DNA from: Octopus bimaculoides
Taxonomy: Eukaryota
DNA: 36,926 nucleotides
Assembly: GCF_001194135.2 (NCBI RefSeq)
Contig: NC_068982.1
Location: 51,483,421 to 51,520,346, forward strand
Direction of reading: 5' to 3'
The number at the start of each line of letters is the position of its first letter. The stretch's first letter is position 1. A program made the translations under genes and the position numbers. The notes under the pieces were generated by a model, which searched no databases, was not told the origin of the DNA, and saw only the letters and a list, made by a program, of their open reading frames with translations. Below are positions 11,990-23,405 of the stretch, in pieces.

Positions 11990-12859
11990 CGAGGTGGCAT
12001 CAAAAAGTTCCTGGACTAGTTCTGTAGCATGCCAATAAATGGCAGTATATGGTTGTGTGTGCAGTGAGAGCTAGTAGTGACCTTCATAAGGCAGTGTGCT
12101 GAGTGACATTGCAGTGTTTACTTCACAAGTTGTGAAATTTGTGATCACATGTATGTTGTAGTCTGCAATTTTGTCATGGACAGGAACAAAGAGCTGTGAA
12201 ATTTTGCATTAAACTTGGGAAGTCTATTTCAGAGACATTGAACATGCTTCAGCAAGCTAACGGTAACAAAGCAATGGGCCGTATGGAATGTGTCGAGTGG
12301 CCTGGGCACTTCAAAAGCAAAAGAACATCTTTGGAAGACTATGAGTGATCTGAAAGACCTGCCATGACCATCACCCCTGAAAATGTGGTATTGTGCATCA
12401 AGAATTCATCCCCCAGGGTCAGACTGTCAATTGAGAGTTCTACTGCGTTGTTTTGAAACATCTGAAGAAGAACATTCAGTGAAAAGCAACCAGATCTGTA
12501 GAATGTGAAGAATTGGATTCTTCATGACAATAATGCACCCTGTCACCAAGCTCTCCTCACCAAAAACAACATGTTATCACTTCCACACCTGCCCTATTCA
12601 GCTCCTGCAGATGTCCATCACTTCCCCAAGATAAAAATGCAGCTCAAAGGTCACCGTTTTAACACTGTTGTTGAGATCCAGAGCAAATTGCAGATCCTTG
12701 ACTCACTAACAGAAAACAACTTCCAGGACGAATTCCAAAAGTAGCAGAAATGTTGAAACTGGTGACTATTTTGAAGGAGATGATATTAAAACTTGGGTAA
12801 ATAAGTTGTTTTTTTTTTTTAAAACATAACTAGTCTGGGAACCTTTTGATACTACCTCA
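11990..12859 (+). mobile_element. Internally deleted mariner element
   Basis: TIRs CGAGGTGGCATCAAAAAGTTCCTGGACTAGT and ACTAGTCTGGGAACCTTTTGATACTACCTCA|TA. Remnants EQRAVKFCIKLGKS.., WILHDNNAPCH, PYS..HFPKIKMQLKGHRF. Confidence 0.9.
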
Positions 12860-13415
12860 TATTTTTTTCTGTTTGCCAAGTGTGACACCTGTAATTGCTC
12901 TAAGTATGTCTATACTTTGTTTTGATTTATTCACTATCCTCTGTGCATGTTGTAAATGTTGTGTGATGTTATCTGCATGTGAAACTTTTGTAGAGCTGTG
13001 GGAAAGTATAAGTTAAAAAGAGTGGGTAAAAAGATAGGTCCTTGGAGCAATTTAAGTGGGGAAATTACAGATTCTCAAAGAGTTGGTCATGTACACTACA
13101 AAGATCTAGCAGCAAGATAATATTTTGTGTTGATTCTTGCAAGTGAATAGTGAGGATGGAGTTGAAAGCATTGTTAATGTTGACAGTAATCAGAATAGTA
13201 CTTGTGGAAAGTTTTATCCTGTTGAAACCATCAAGCACTTTCTATTTCTCAGTATTATAGTGACTGAGTATAGAGGCCCGATTCCATATTGTATTTTTGG
13301 CAAAAGGGATGTCTAAGTCAATGATGTCAAGGATTAGCCTTTCTAAAACTTTTGAGTGAGCATAGGTGAGTAATGGATCTGTCAATTAGGTTTTTGCTGG
13401 GCTTTAGTATTGCTA

Positions 13416-13762
13416 GCACCATTTGAACGTGATTGTTACCAACATCGCCTTCCTGGCACGTGTAAAGACATTCGAGCGAGATTGTTGCCAGTGTTGCTGG
13501 ATTGGCTCCTGTGCAGGTGGCACGCAAAATACACCATTTTGAGCGTGGTTGTTGCCAGTACCGCCTGACTGACCTTCATGCCGGTGGCACGTAAAAGCAC
13601 CCACTACACTCTCGGAGTGGTTGGCGTTAGGAAGGGCATCCAGCTGTAGGAACTCTGCCAAATCACATTGGAGCCTGGTGTAGCCACCTGGTCCACCAGT
13701 CCTCAGTCAAATCGTCCAACCCATGCTAGCATGGAAAGCGGATGTTAAACAATGATGATGAT
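13416..13762 (+). mobile_element. Young RTE 3' tail (family B) with internal ~70-bp subrepeats, inserted in the LINE
   Basis: Repeated GTTGCCAGT..GGTGGCACG units, retained CpGs and a (GAT)n end; splits the LINE between PNLK and VLAILKP. Confidence 0.8.
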
Positions 13763-14223
13763 CCTTTTCAGATTAGGAGATTTTTTCTGTAATTACAAGT
13801 AGTTGCAGAAAGTGTGGAATGAAGTGATTGATTCAATTTCTAGGTGTTTTTAGCTGTTAGTGCTTTTTGTACAGGCCTGAATCATTTGAGATCTTAGACA
13901 TCTGTATTGTTTTCTGGGTCTCTGATGAAAGGGTTCAAAGTTGTGGTTGAGGTGGAATGAGCATATGTTTTTGTTTATTTTCCTGTCTTCTTTGCATACT
14001 TTTTGAGTTCAGATTTTTGAGAAGTATCTAAGGGCAGTGTTTGTTTGATGTTGCAGCCAGGACATATTATTTGAAATTGTTACTGTGGTCAGTGTGACCT
14101 TTGTTATCAAATCATTTTGATTATGTTACTGTTTTACTGTTAGTTTTGTGATTCATGTTGGAACTGAATGTGTTACCACTTTCATTTTTCTATGGTTTAC
14201 TAATTATTTTCATTATTAAAAGG

Positions 14224-14645
14224 AAGATCCATCCTTCTAATCATACTGTCTCCCCATCTTTCTGAGCAACTGACCATACAACACACTCCAACATGCAATG
14301 TTGATTTGTAAGGAGTGCAGTGTGATAGCATGAATATATTGCACTCTTTCCACTGTTCAGTGCGTTTCTGTACACGAGCAGATTCTGATGAAGGTCATAG
14401 TGAAAATGGACTTCAATTAGTGGAGGACAGTTCCTCTGCACATATTGTTAGCAGTGTGCATTACAATACAGTCTGTGAGGCTACTGAAGCTATTGATGTT
14501 GCAGCTATTTTAGTGTAATGTGTTCTTTAAGTTTATCTTAGATGAGGTAGAATAATAGTCTTTAGGATGTTACAGAAGTGCTCTAGAGTGTTGTGTATGT
14601 GTATGGATGTTTGAAGATGGTTTTTCATCTAGTGAGAGGGATAGT
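14224..14645 (-). repeat. Direct repeat of the LINE 3' segment 11398-11803
   Basis: 6 differences over a ~270 bp core by manual alignment; offset ~2.83 kb. Confidence 0.95.
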
Positions 14646-15225
14646 GGATTGTTAAATCACGGACAAAAAGCCTTGCAATATTTGAGTTCAGCTCCCACTA
14701 AGGTCAACTTTGCTTCTCATTCCTCCAAGAATGTTAAAGTATCATTCAAGTACTTGAGTCAATATACAATTCTCCTCCACCAAATTCCAGAATTAGTAGA
14801 TTAGAATAAGTTAGAACAGCAGACAATATGCCTAGTGCCCAGGTTCTAATCATTCTGAGTTCAAATCCTGCAGAGGTCAACATTGTCCTTTCATCTATCA
14901 AGAGTCAATAAAATACCAATCAAGCACTGATATTTTTTAGCACAAGGCTGAATGATAACTGTTTCTAATTCCCTGCCCAAATATTTCTGGTTATATGCCA
15001 GAAACTTGTGGGGAGGGGACAAGAAGCAATTATTATTAAGGTGGTAAACTGGCAGAATTGTACCAGAAAATATGCTTTGTGTCATTTCTTCCAGCTCTTT
15101 ACATTCTTAGTTAAATCTTGCCGAGATCAATGGAGCATTTCATTCTTCCTGGGTTGATGAAATACCATTGACCCCAGCAATGCACTGGCTGTGTGCCCAT
15201 ATTAGAAACAGTTATTATTACTGTT
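14645..15225 (+). mobile_element. Three consecutive degenerate family-C SINE copies
   Basis: GAGTTCA..AGGTCAAC..TTTCAT motif recurs at ~14683 and ~14857, with a degenerate version at ~15110. Confidence 0.55.
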
Positions 15226-17940
15226 ATTATAACCATTGCAAAAATGGTTACGATGAATGGAACTACCTTAAACATATACCTATACATGAGAGAACAGCTT
15301 GTGCTCTTCGCAGTCAGGATAATCATGGCTCTGTGGGGTACCTTGAATGGCCAAAATAGGAGGCTCTCCTGTATCAGGACTGCATCACCTATGTATTTAC
15401 ATATGTTTACCATGTATACTTTTCATCTCATTTCTCCCTACCTCTCTCACCATCTGCCTATTTTTTTTTATCTCACCAATCACATGCAAACTCCCTACAC
15501 AAATTGTAACTCATCTTTGTAATGTCTTCCTCATCTGATGCTCCTGTGGCAAATAAATCATTATTATTACTACTACTACTCTTATTGTGTTATTTTCTTG
15601 TTTAGTTTTTGATTTTGGCTTTTATTTCGGTAATGACTAAGTGTCAGATTAAAGAAGTAAATGACTGTTTACACACAGGTGATAAGATTATGTTGCAGAC
15701 CAATTAATCTATTTTATAGTAATAAGGAAAAAAATTCGTATCACATACTGAAAAATTGCTAGTGACAAATAAAACCAATATCGTATTGCAGATATAATAA
15801 TCAATGAAAACGTGATTAAAACAAAAAGCAGATGCTTTTGTATTTTAATTGCAATCCAGGTGAAGGACATTTGAAGCTTTTGCACGTCGATCAAATCTAG
15901 ATACTGTCGAGTCAAAATCGAAAATGCTTGCCTTCAATTAACCCATAAAGAATGATTTTGCAGTCTCTGTTTCTTTCTTTCTTTCTTTCTCTCTCTCTCT
16001 CTCTCTCGCACACACACACACACATATACAATGAATTTTTTAAAGTTTCAAAAAGTGGCCATCGAATCAATGAATGAATTAAAATTTGAGGATCAATTTT
16101 GAATCTGGAGATTTGTGAATTCAGAAAATATGACAACATATGTAATTTAATTTCTAAATAAAATTCTACAAGAGAGATAATAAAGACAATTCTATTATAA
16201 TTAATAAATAATTAATGGTCAGTATCGTGTGAATATCGAATTACAACATTTGGTTCCAAGCTAGTAATTATGCATTCGTTAATAGAATACAATACACAAA
16301 ACAATAATTATGAATATTCAAATTTTAAAAATTCTCTCCAACTTTCTATTTTGAATAAGGTTTTTTTTTTGTTTTTTGCTAAAAAAAAAATTGTTTCAAT
16401 TTTCAAAACCAAGACAAATTATGGGTAGAAACAAGAAGCTGATCAAATGTTTATATCATGGTCATAGCTAACCTTGAGTAAATGACCTAACAACGAACGA
16501 ATAACCAATTGGATATTTTTATAGGACTCATAACTACTTAGTTAAATCATGGCTAATTAATCCATTAGTATTTAATAGAGATATGGCTTATTTTTAAACC
16601 ACACTAAAATAACAACACTTCATTATTATTTTACCTGTATTTAAATAGACAAGTTCCTCTTCCTTTATTTGCATTTAAATTCGACAGCAGTGACCACTTT
16701 TGAGTTCAACTACACTAAACAGTAGCAAAAGAAGCATTACAGTACCTGGATTGCGATTTATATCTCAATTTAAATACTAAGAATTGTGTTTGCTGCAGGT
16801 AGGGAATGACCTAAGAGGGATAGCTGTAATAAGGCATGGTAGTGGCTACAATGGGCCGCAACCGCCAATCAACATATGTTTGGATTCAGTTATGTAGGTA
16901 AATAGTTTAGCATATTAAGATTGTTTTCTTTTAGAAAATTAAAAGATTTTCTAATAGATGAATAATCCTAATATATTTCAATAACTTTCTTCAATCTCTT
17001 CACCTTATAGTATTTTTTAAAATTCGGTTTTCAGTAACTAGATAAACTAACACGATTACTAATGAATCAATGTTTTCATAGCAAAATATTGTTTACCTGA
17101 AAATGCATTTATATGTAAATTGAAGTTCAAAGAATTAGAGTTGAAATATCTAAAACATGTAAATGAAGTGAGCTGGAATAGGTAGGAGCTGGGATTCCAA
17201 ATCAAGTTATAAATAAAGCAAGTGCAGCAATTATATCTCCTGTTCAATGCAAGTCAAATATGCAAACAGAACTCTTTTTGAAACGATATTTAACTGATTA
17301 CAAGATATCGAACGAAAGACGAAATAGTTTCATAAACATTGCACAACACACGCAGATACATACTTAGAGATTACGTTCTTCATCTGGAGATGAGCTGAAT
17401 TTGCAACACAATTGAAACCTTAACATTAAAAAGATGCTAAATATTTTCATACCTTGTGAAAAGGGTATTCGAAATAACACAGGTAACAAGTCAACAGTTA
17501 TTATACTATTTCGTTTTTTAAAATAAAAACACGCAAAACAAAATATTAGAATGCTGTTTAAAATAACCCTCAATACAAATATATCTACACAAATAACTTG
17601 AAATCGTGCAATAGTGGTTTGATAGAACACTTTAGCATCGTTTGTTTTCTTAACAACAAATAATCCAGCTTGTCGATAAAAGCATTCACTTCGTAAAACG
17701 AAGTAAAACGTAACTAAATTAATTGAAATCATTTGAATGCGATTATATCATTTACAAACTCTATTTAAGATGCACTTTGGTTTAAATTAGTAAATGAATC
17801 CTTATTTACATTGTTACTTTCAATTCATAAGGTAGGTATGCTTAATTACACGCGCAGTTTGTTAGAATAACAGAGATGTGTAAAGAAAATTACTAACGTA
17901 TGCTTGCAAACGAGAAGGGAAGTCGGCACCATTTACTTAC

Positions 17941-18094
17941 CTTTTTTCAAGACTTTTAGCCATAAATCGACTATCTTCTTATGATGCGCTTTATGATGAA
18001 TAATCCATAATGACATACTTTGAATGCCATCTTGCGTGTTGTTAACAGCATGTAGTTTTCTTTCAACACTTTCTTCATTCAAGGATGACGCCAT
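17941..18094 (-). CDS. RPRD2: First coding exon of a CID-domain RNA Pol II CTD-binding protein (RPRD2/RPRD1 family)
   Basis: ATG at 18094 gives MASSLNEESVERKLHAVNNTQDGIQSMSLWIIHHKAHHKKIVDLWLKVLKK, then a phase-1 donor G|GTAAGT at 17940. Matches CID helices 1-3 and the recalled RPRD exon-1 boundary. RPRD2 versus RPRD1 is less certain. Confidence 0.88.
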
Positions 18095-18890
18095 GTTTGG
18101 TGTTTACTCCAGCAACAACACAGCTTTCAGGTTAATTTTAATAATCACCGACTGACTGCACTAGTAATATTCCCTACCATACAATAAAGAAGCATTGTAG
18201 CTTCGAAGAATATTTTTAAAAATTCAAATAACTTAATAATATTAAAATTACTTTCTTCAATAAACTTATTGTTTCACACATTTAAGTAGTCCGCCATATT
18301 GGAATTGTAGTAGTTACTTCGGCAGTTTCCGGAGAAAATATCAGTTTCGTTATATTTTAATAAAGAGTAAAGAAAATTTATATAATATATTTATTTAAGC
18401 GTCTTTTTTTATTATAAATCATATTCAATCTAAAAAATTAAATTTCAATCATTTTCAGTCTGCGAGAGCTATTACGTCATGAATCTCAAATCGACCCATA
18501 AGAAATGCTAGCTGGCAGCTATATATAAATCAGTCAGACGCATGGTGCTTGTCACTTCGTCCTGTTATTTGGAGCGGGTCTTCAGAATAGGTTTCAGAAG
18601 AAAAGAAAAATAACCGAACTATGCGAAACTATTACAGATCATTGAATTTAAATGTATTTTCCACAAATTTGGGAATTGCGGCTTCTAATATATATTAAAA
18701 AAAAGTTTCCAAGTTAGATGCCAAAGATAAGATACAAACTGCGTGTGGGTGTTCTCTTTAAACTTCAGACAATCGCATGAGGATGTTTTAGTTGGATTCT
18801 ACTGATGGCTGGTTATGTTCTCAATTAGTTCTTTTAACTCCGAGCCAGAAAACTGTCCTAAGGAACTTCTGGATGCATGGAGAAGGAAGC
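18095..18890. promoter_or_regulatory. Bidirectional promoter and 5' UTRs of the RPRD2-like and CHSY1-like genes
   Basis: Divergent ATGs 796 bp apart. YY1-type CCGCCATATT at 18291-18300, CRE TTACGTCA at 18472-18479, TATA-like TATATATAAAT at 18520-18530; CpG retained. Confidence 0.7.
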
Positions 18891-19703
18891 ATGGCCAAAC
18901 GGAGGTATGGAATTCGAACAAATTCTTTAATTGGGATACTTTTCGGTATCATCAGTGGCATGTTACTGGCCAGTTGGAGTGGTTATCGGTTTATCACTTG
19001 TGGATTATCCCATGGAAGATGCTGTATCTTAGGTCAACTTTCCAATGATCCTGTAAAAGTAACGGATACATCACAGCCTTATGCTTCAACTTCATGCCAG
19101 CAAACTCAGGAACCACAGAATGTTCGAAAATCTACGAAAAACTTCATACTTATTGGTGTCATGACTGCTAAAAAGTACCTAAATACCCGAGCAATTGCTG
19201 CGTACAAAACTTGGGCCCGTTCGATAAACGGAGAAGTGATTTTCTTTTCTAGTGAAACTTCTCAAGGAAATGGTGATCTCCCGGTAGTCGGTCTGCGAGG
19301 CGTTGATGATACTTACCCACCTCAGAAGAAATCATTCAGTATGTTAAAGTACATGCATGATCATTATATTGATGAATTTGAGTGGTTTATGAGGGCAGAT
19401 GATGATGTATACATCAAAGGATCACGCCTCCAAAGTTTTTTAAGATCGATTAATAGTTCAAAACCACAATTTATAGGCCAAGCAGGGCTTGGGACCAAAG
19501 AAGAGTCTGGTCTATTAAAACTTAAAGAAAATGAAAACTTTTGTATGGGAGGACCTGGTATAGTGTTTAGTCGGGCTACTTTAAAATTAGTGGCCAGCCA
19601 TGTCGACCATTGTATGCAGAGTCCGCTCACTTTACATGAAGATGTAGAAATTGGAAGGTGTGTCCAGAAATATGCTGGGATTTCCTGCACTTGGGCTTTT
19701 GAG
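18891..19703 (+). CDS. CHSY1: Chondroitin sulfate synthase first coding exon (TM anchor plus N-terminal glycosyltransferase domain)
   Basis: MAKRR-hydrophobic type II anchor; GVMTAKKYL..RA, GVDDTYPPQKKSF, WFMRADDDVY (DxD), FCMGGPG, HEDVEIGRC, CTWAFE, then phase-0 donor GAG|GTGAAT. An in-frame ATG at 18873 is an alternative start; the TTG start in the ORF track is unlikely. Confidence 0.95.
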
Positions 19704-19749
19704 GTGAATATTTCATATCTGCATGTAAATTACACTCTTTTCTTGAGTC

Positions 19750-20033
19750 TGTGTGTGTGTGTGTGTGTGTGCATCGCATGTTTCATGTAAATTTTTGTAA
19801 CTTTTTGAAGGGGTTTTCTGTTAAGAGCGTGCAAGATTTTTTTATCCTGTTTTATTTGTTTAACTTTATTTTCTCAAAGTATTGAGTTTATTATTTCTAA
19901 CGTTTGGAATTAGTTTCCTAAAACTTTACCATTGCGCCGCGCACACACACACACACACACAAACACGTATGGATAATTCTGTGTGTGCGCGTGTGTATTG
20001 CAGAGGGATTCTGTACTCTGTATGTGTGTGTAT

Positions 20034-20069
<36 letters not shown>

Positions 20070-20096
20070 GTATGTATGTATGTAAACACACACACA

Positions 20097-20156
<60 letters not shown>
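19750..20156. repeat. Compound (TG)n/(CA)n/(TA)n microsatellite cluster
   Basis: (TG) 19750-19771, (CA) 19942-19960, (TA) 20101-20156. Confidence 0.95.
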
Positions 20157-20159
<3 letters not shown>

Positions 20160-20732
20160 AACAGTTAACATCGTCTAATTACGTCCTTTACGCAACTTTT
20201 AAGGACGTACATTTTTTTATAACGTTTAGCGCAAACCAGTCAGTTATTTTACTTCAGTGAAATTGTTAGCTCTGAACAGTGTCTACAAGTTAATTGCACG
20301 GATAGAAACTGATAGTTAACAAGTTTTTCGTTGTTATAGAAATGGAGTTATTCGTCATTCTGCGAGGCGAGATGCTTGCTAGTAGCAGCAACAACAGGGA
20401 TGTTGTACAGACTGTCCTACATCTGTTGCTGATAGTAGCTGTCCCGTTTGGAGATGCGGCATAGAAAGCATCCAATATGGCCCAAGATACAATAAGCAGC
20501 ATAACATTAAACTCAACAGTATTGAAATCATTTTCACTTTTTTTTTTTATTCTTAATGTGTTTTCATGTGTAAATCATGTAGTCTTAGAAAACATTTCAT
20601 TTTATTTTTCAAGTGTTTTATTTTAGACAAGTTGAAGTATCGAAGAATGCAAACTGAGCGTGCGTTTCCCCCTACTCCATCCCAAATCTTTCCGTTTCTT
20701 ATTGTTAATTCAGTCCAAGATCTGTTTCTTAA

Positions 20733-21271
20733 NNNNNNNNNNNNNNNNNNNNNNNNNNNNNNNNNNNNNNNNNNNNNNNNNNNNNNNNNNNNNNNNNNNN
20801 NNNNNNNNNNNNNNNNNNNNNNNNNNNNNNNNNNNNNNNNNNNNNNNNNNNNNNNNNNNNNNNNNNNNNNNNNNNNNNNNNNNNNNNNNNNNNNNNNNNN
20901 NNNNNNNNNNNNNNNNNNNNNNNNNNNNNNNNNNNNNNNNNNNNNNNNNNNNNNNNNNNNNNNNNNNNNNNNNNNNNNNNNNNNNNNNNNNNNNNNNNNN
21001 NNNNNNNNNNNNNNNNNNNNNNNNNNNNNNNNNNNNNNNNNNNNNNNNNNNNNNNNNNNNNNNNNNNNNNNNNNNNNNNNNNNNNNNNNNNNNNNNNNNN
21101 NNNNNNNNNNNNNNNNNNNNNNNNNNNNNNNNNNNNNNNNNNNNNNNNNNNNNNNNNNNNNNNNNNNNNNNNNNNNNNNNNNNNNNNNNNNNNNNNNNNN
21201 NNNNNNNNNNNNNNNNNNNNNNNNNNNNNNNNNNNNNNNNNNNNNNNNNNNNNNNNNNNNNNNNNNNNNNN
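20733..21271. other. Assembly gap (other gaps at 22423-22432, 32353-32533, 35600-35699)
   Basis: N runs. Confidence 1.
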
Positions 21272-21812
21272 CATATCGATTTACCTTCACCTAGTTTACA
21301 TAAAATGCGAAACCGAAACTTAAACAAGAAGTTACTTTCTTTGTTAACATACCCATGGATGTCATATTTGACTTAACTAAAGCTTTATTATCCCTTTCTG
21401 AAATGTTTTTCATTGGAATATTATCAATTTGCAAATATTCTAGTTTTTAATAATCTAATAATTACATATTATATATGTATGTTTATGATACATATATAAT
21501 ATAAAACCACTTTAAAATACCAATCCAAAACCGATGAAAACAAACATGAGTGAAGAAAGAAAAAAATGAAACAGAGGAAGATAGAAAAAGAAAGAAAAAA
21601 CACAAATTCAACACTGTGCTTCAAAGTTCTTGATTATGTACAAAGTTTGACATAGTTTCCAAAATATTGATGTGAAAAATAACCCGATGCTTTTCAGAAC
21701 TTACATCTATCGAAATTCACTCTATTTGTTCTAAACTACCTTATTTTAATTTTCATTACACATTGCAAATAGAATTCCATGTGTATTCTATTTAACGCAT
21801 TCTATTTCATAC

Positions 21813-21845
<33 letters not shown>

Positions 21846-21917
21846 TCTAAGTTCTGTAGAACATTATTTATGAACAAAATATTTAATGTACTACAAAAGA
21901 CACTTCATTATTTAGAG

Positions 21918-22115
21918 CAGTGATTCTCAACCATTTTAATTTTTTTTGCCTATAGACTTTTTTTAATTTTTATTCCCATATTACTCGAATGGACGTCAAA
22001 GCCGTTCTATTTCTAAAATATCAAAATATTCTATGTATTGTAGAAGTATAACCAATTTGTTGCACATAAACTTTAACAACAAATTCTTACATGGACCCCC
22101 GGTTGAGAACCACTC
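21918..22115. mobile_element. hAT (Charlie-like) MITE
   Basis: TIRs CAGTGATTCTCAACC and GGTTGAGAACCACT; TSD poorly preserved. Confidence 0.65.
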
Positions 22116-22997
22116 ATACATAGGGATAATTTGCCCACCCTGGATTAAGGCAAATTACAACTTCTATGAACAAAGCAAAATAAAATCAAGTGATGTCGAA
22201 GATGTTGCGGCCCGCGGCTTCTGACAGGTGTTAAATCTTCACCTTTTTGTGCGTGTGCGTGCGTCACACACACACACATACGATATAAAGTAATTCATTC
22301 ATGTTATAATTGTGATAATCGTTTGCTTCGATGCCCCCCACCCCACCGCCCTTTTTTTTTTTTTTCATTATAGAAAAAGAATTAATTTAAATCTTTTTTT
22401 AAAAGATATTTGTTCAATTGTCNNNNNNNNNNATTTGTTCAATTGTCAGCAATATTTCAAAACTTATTTATGCTTCTTTCTTAACATAGGTATATATATA
22501 TAAAGGGCAGAAAATTTTCGAATATTTTTCACTATATTTTCTTACGCAAATCTGTTATTGCTTTCTCTATAAATAACTTAAATTCGATCTATTGATCCTT
22601 TACGAAATATGTCTCTTTGTTTCTTAAATTTGCTGAGTGGAAAATCTGGTGGGTAATTCTTTTTATTCATTGTGCTGGAAATATATGGTCAATAGAATCA
22701 ATCCATTTAGTATTAATACTTTTTATGTAGACTCCTCTCTCCCGAATAATAAAAGGTAAAAATTTGTTTCCTCATCTTATATAGAGCTGCTTGAATTATA
22801 TTGGTTTGTTGCATGCATAAGTCTTATATTTATAAAGAACGAAATTTGATAAAGTGAGGTCTATGCAGTTCCCAGGAGTAAACGGGAATTGAAACTTGTT
22901 GCGGCTTCGAGTAGCCTGGCGCTTAACAATGGGAATGGAAAAACATCAGTTGCAAGGATCAGGGTATTATACACAATTTTGATATGAATATAGAAAA

Positions 22998-23028
<31 letters not shown>

Positions 23029-23034
23029 CTTATA

Positions 23035-23405
23035 GGGCAGTAGTGGTTGTGTTGCTTACCAACCACATGGTTCTGGGTTCAGTCCCATTGCGTGGCACCT
23101 TGGGCAAGTGTCTTCTACTATAGCCTCGGGCCGACCAAAGCATTGTGAGTGGATTTGGTAGACGGAAACTGAAAGAATCCTGTTGTATATATATGTATGT
23201 TTGTGTGTCTGGGTTTGCCCCCCCCCCCAACATCGCTTGACAACCGATGCCGGTGTGTTTACGTCCCCGTCATCTAGCGGTTCGGCAAGAGACCGATAGA
23301 ATAAGTACTAGGCTTCTAAAGAATAAGTCCTGGGGTCGATTTGCTCGACTAAAGGCGGTGGTCCAGCATGGCCGCAGTCAAATGACTGAAACAAATAAAA
23401 GTATA
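23035..23405 (+). mobile_element. SINE family A with partly deleted head
   Basis: Colinear with 7740-8146. Confidence 0.9.

Larger units (their letters stand above)
11398..14224 (-). mobile_element. Decayed I/Jockey-group non-LTR retrotransposon ORF2, interrupted by a mariner and an RTE tail
   Basis: Minus strand: VLAILKPSK, KVLERLI, QYG, LDGFNR..TILITVNINNAFNSI (~DLSKAFD), LQGPIFLPTLFNLY, HADNIT (~YADD), DILRAITGVTLG, VYK*YIRSNMDCANPA, CYHTALLT. Confidence 0.75.

Noticed and set aside
13430-13620. Spaced repeats resembling a CRISPR-like array
   Set aside because: These are degenerate subrepeats of an RTE 3' tail in a eukaryotic intron.
11398-14645. Canonical LTR retrotransposon
   Set aside because: No TG..CA ends, PBS or PPT; the RT motifs are non-LTR type and the repeat is ORF2-derived.
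15193-15540. 109-aa ORF, possibly a Penelope GIY-YIG remnant
   Set aside because: Starts in a SINE tail; similarity too weak to support.
16799-16897. Plus-strand exon-like segment (CAG|...TAG|GTAAAT)
   Set aside because: Antisense to the host gene, no recognisable peptide, no partner exon.
17364-17732. 122-aa minus-strand ORF next to the CID exon
   Set aside because: AT-rich F/I/K composition, no recognisable motif and no CID continuation.
19024-20490. 13-bp exon/intron complement with an A-C mismatch (19024-19036 with 20478-20490) as an editing-complementary sequence
   Set aside because: Too short to exceed chance, does not extend, and the edit would be synonymous.
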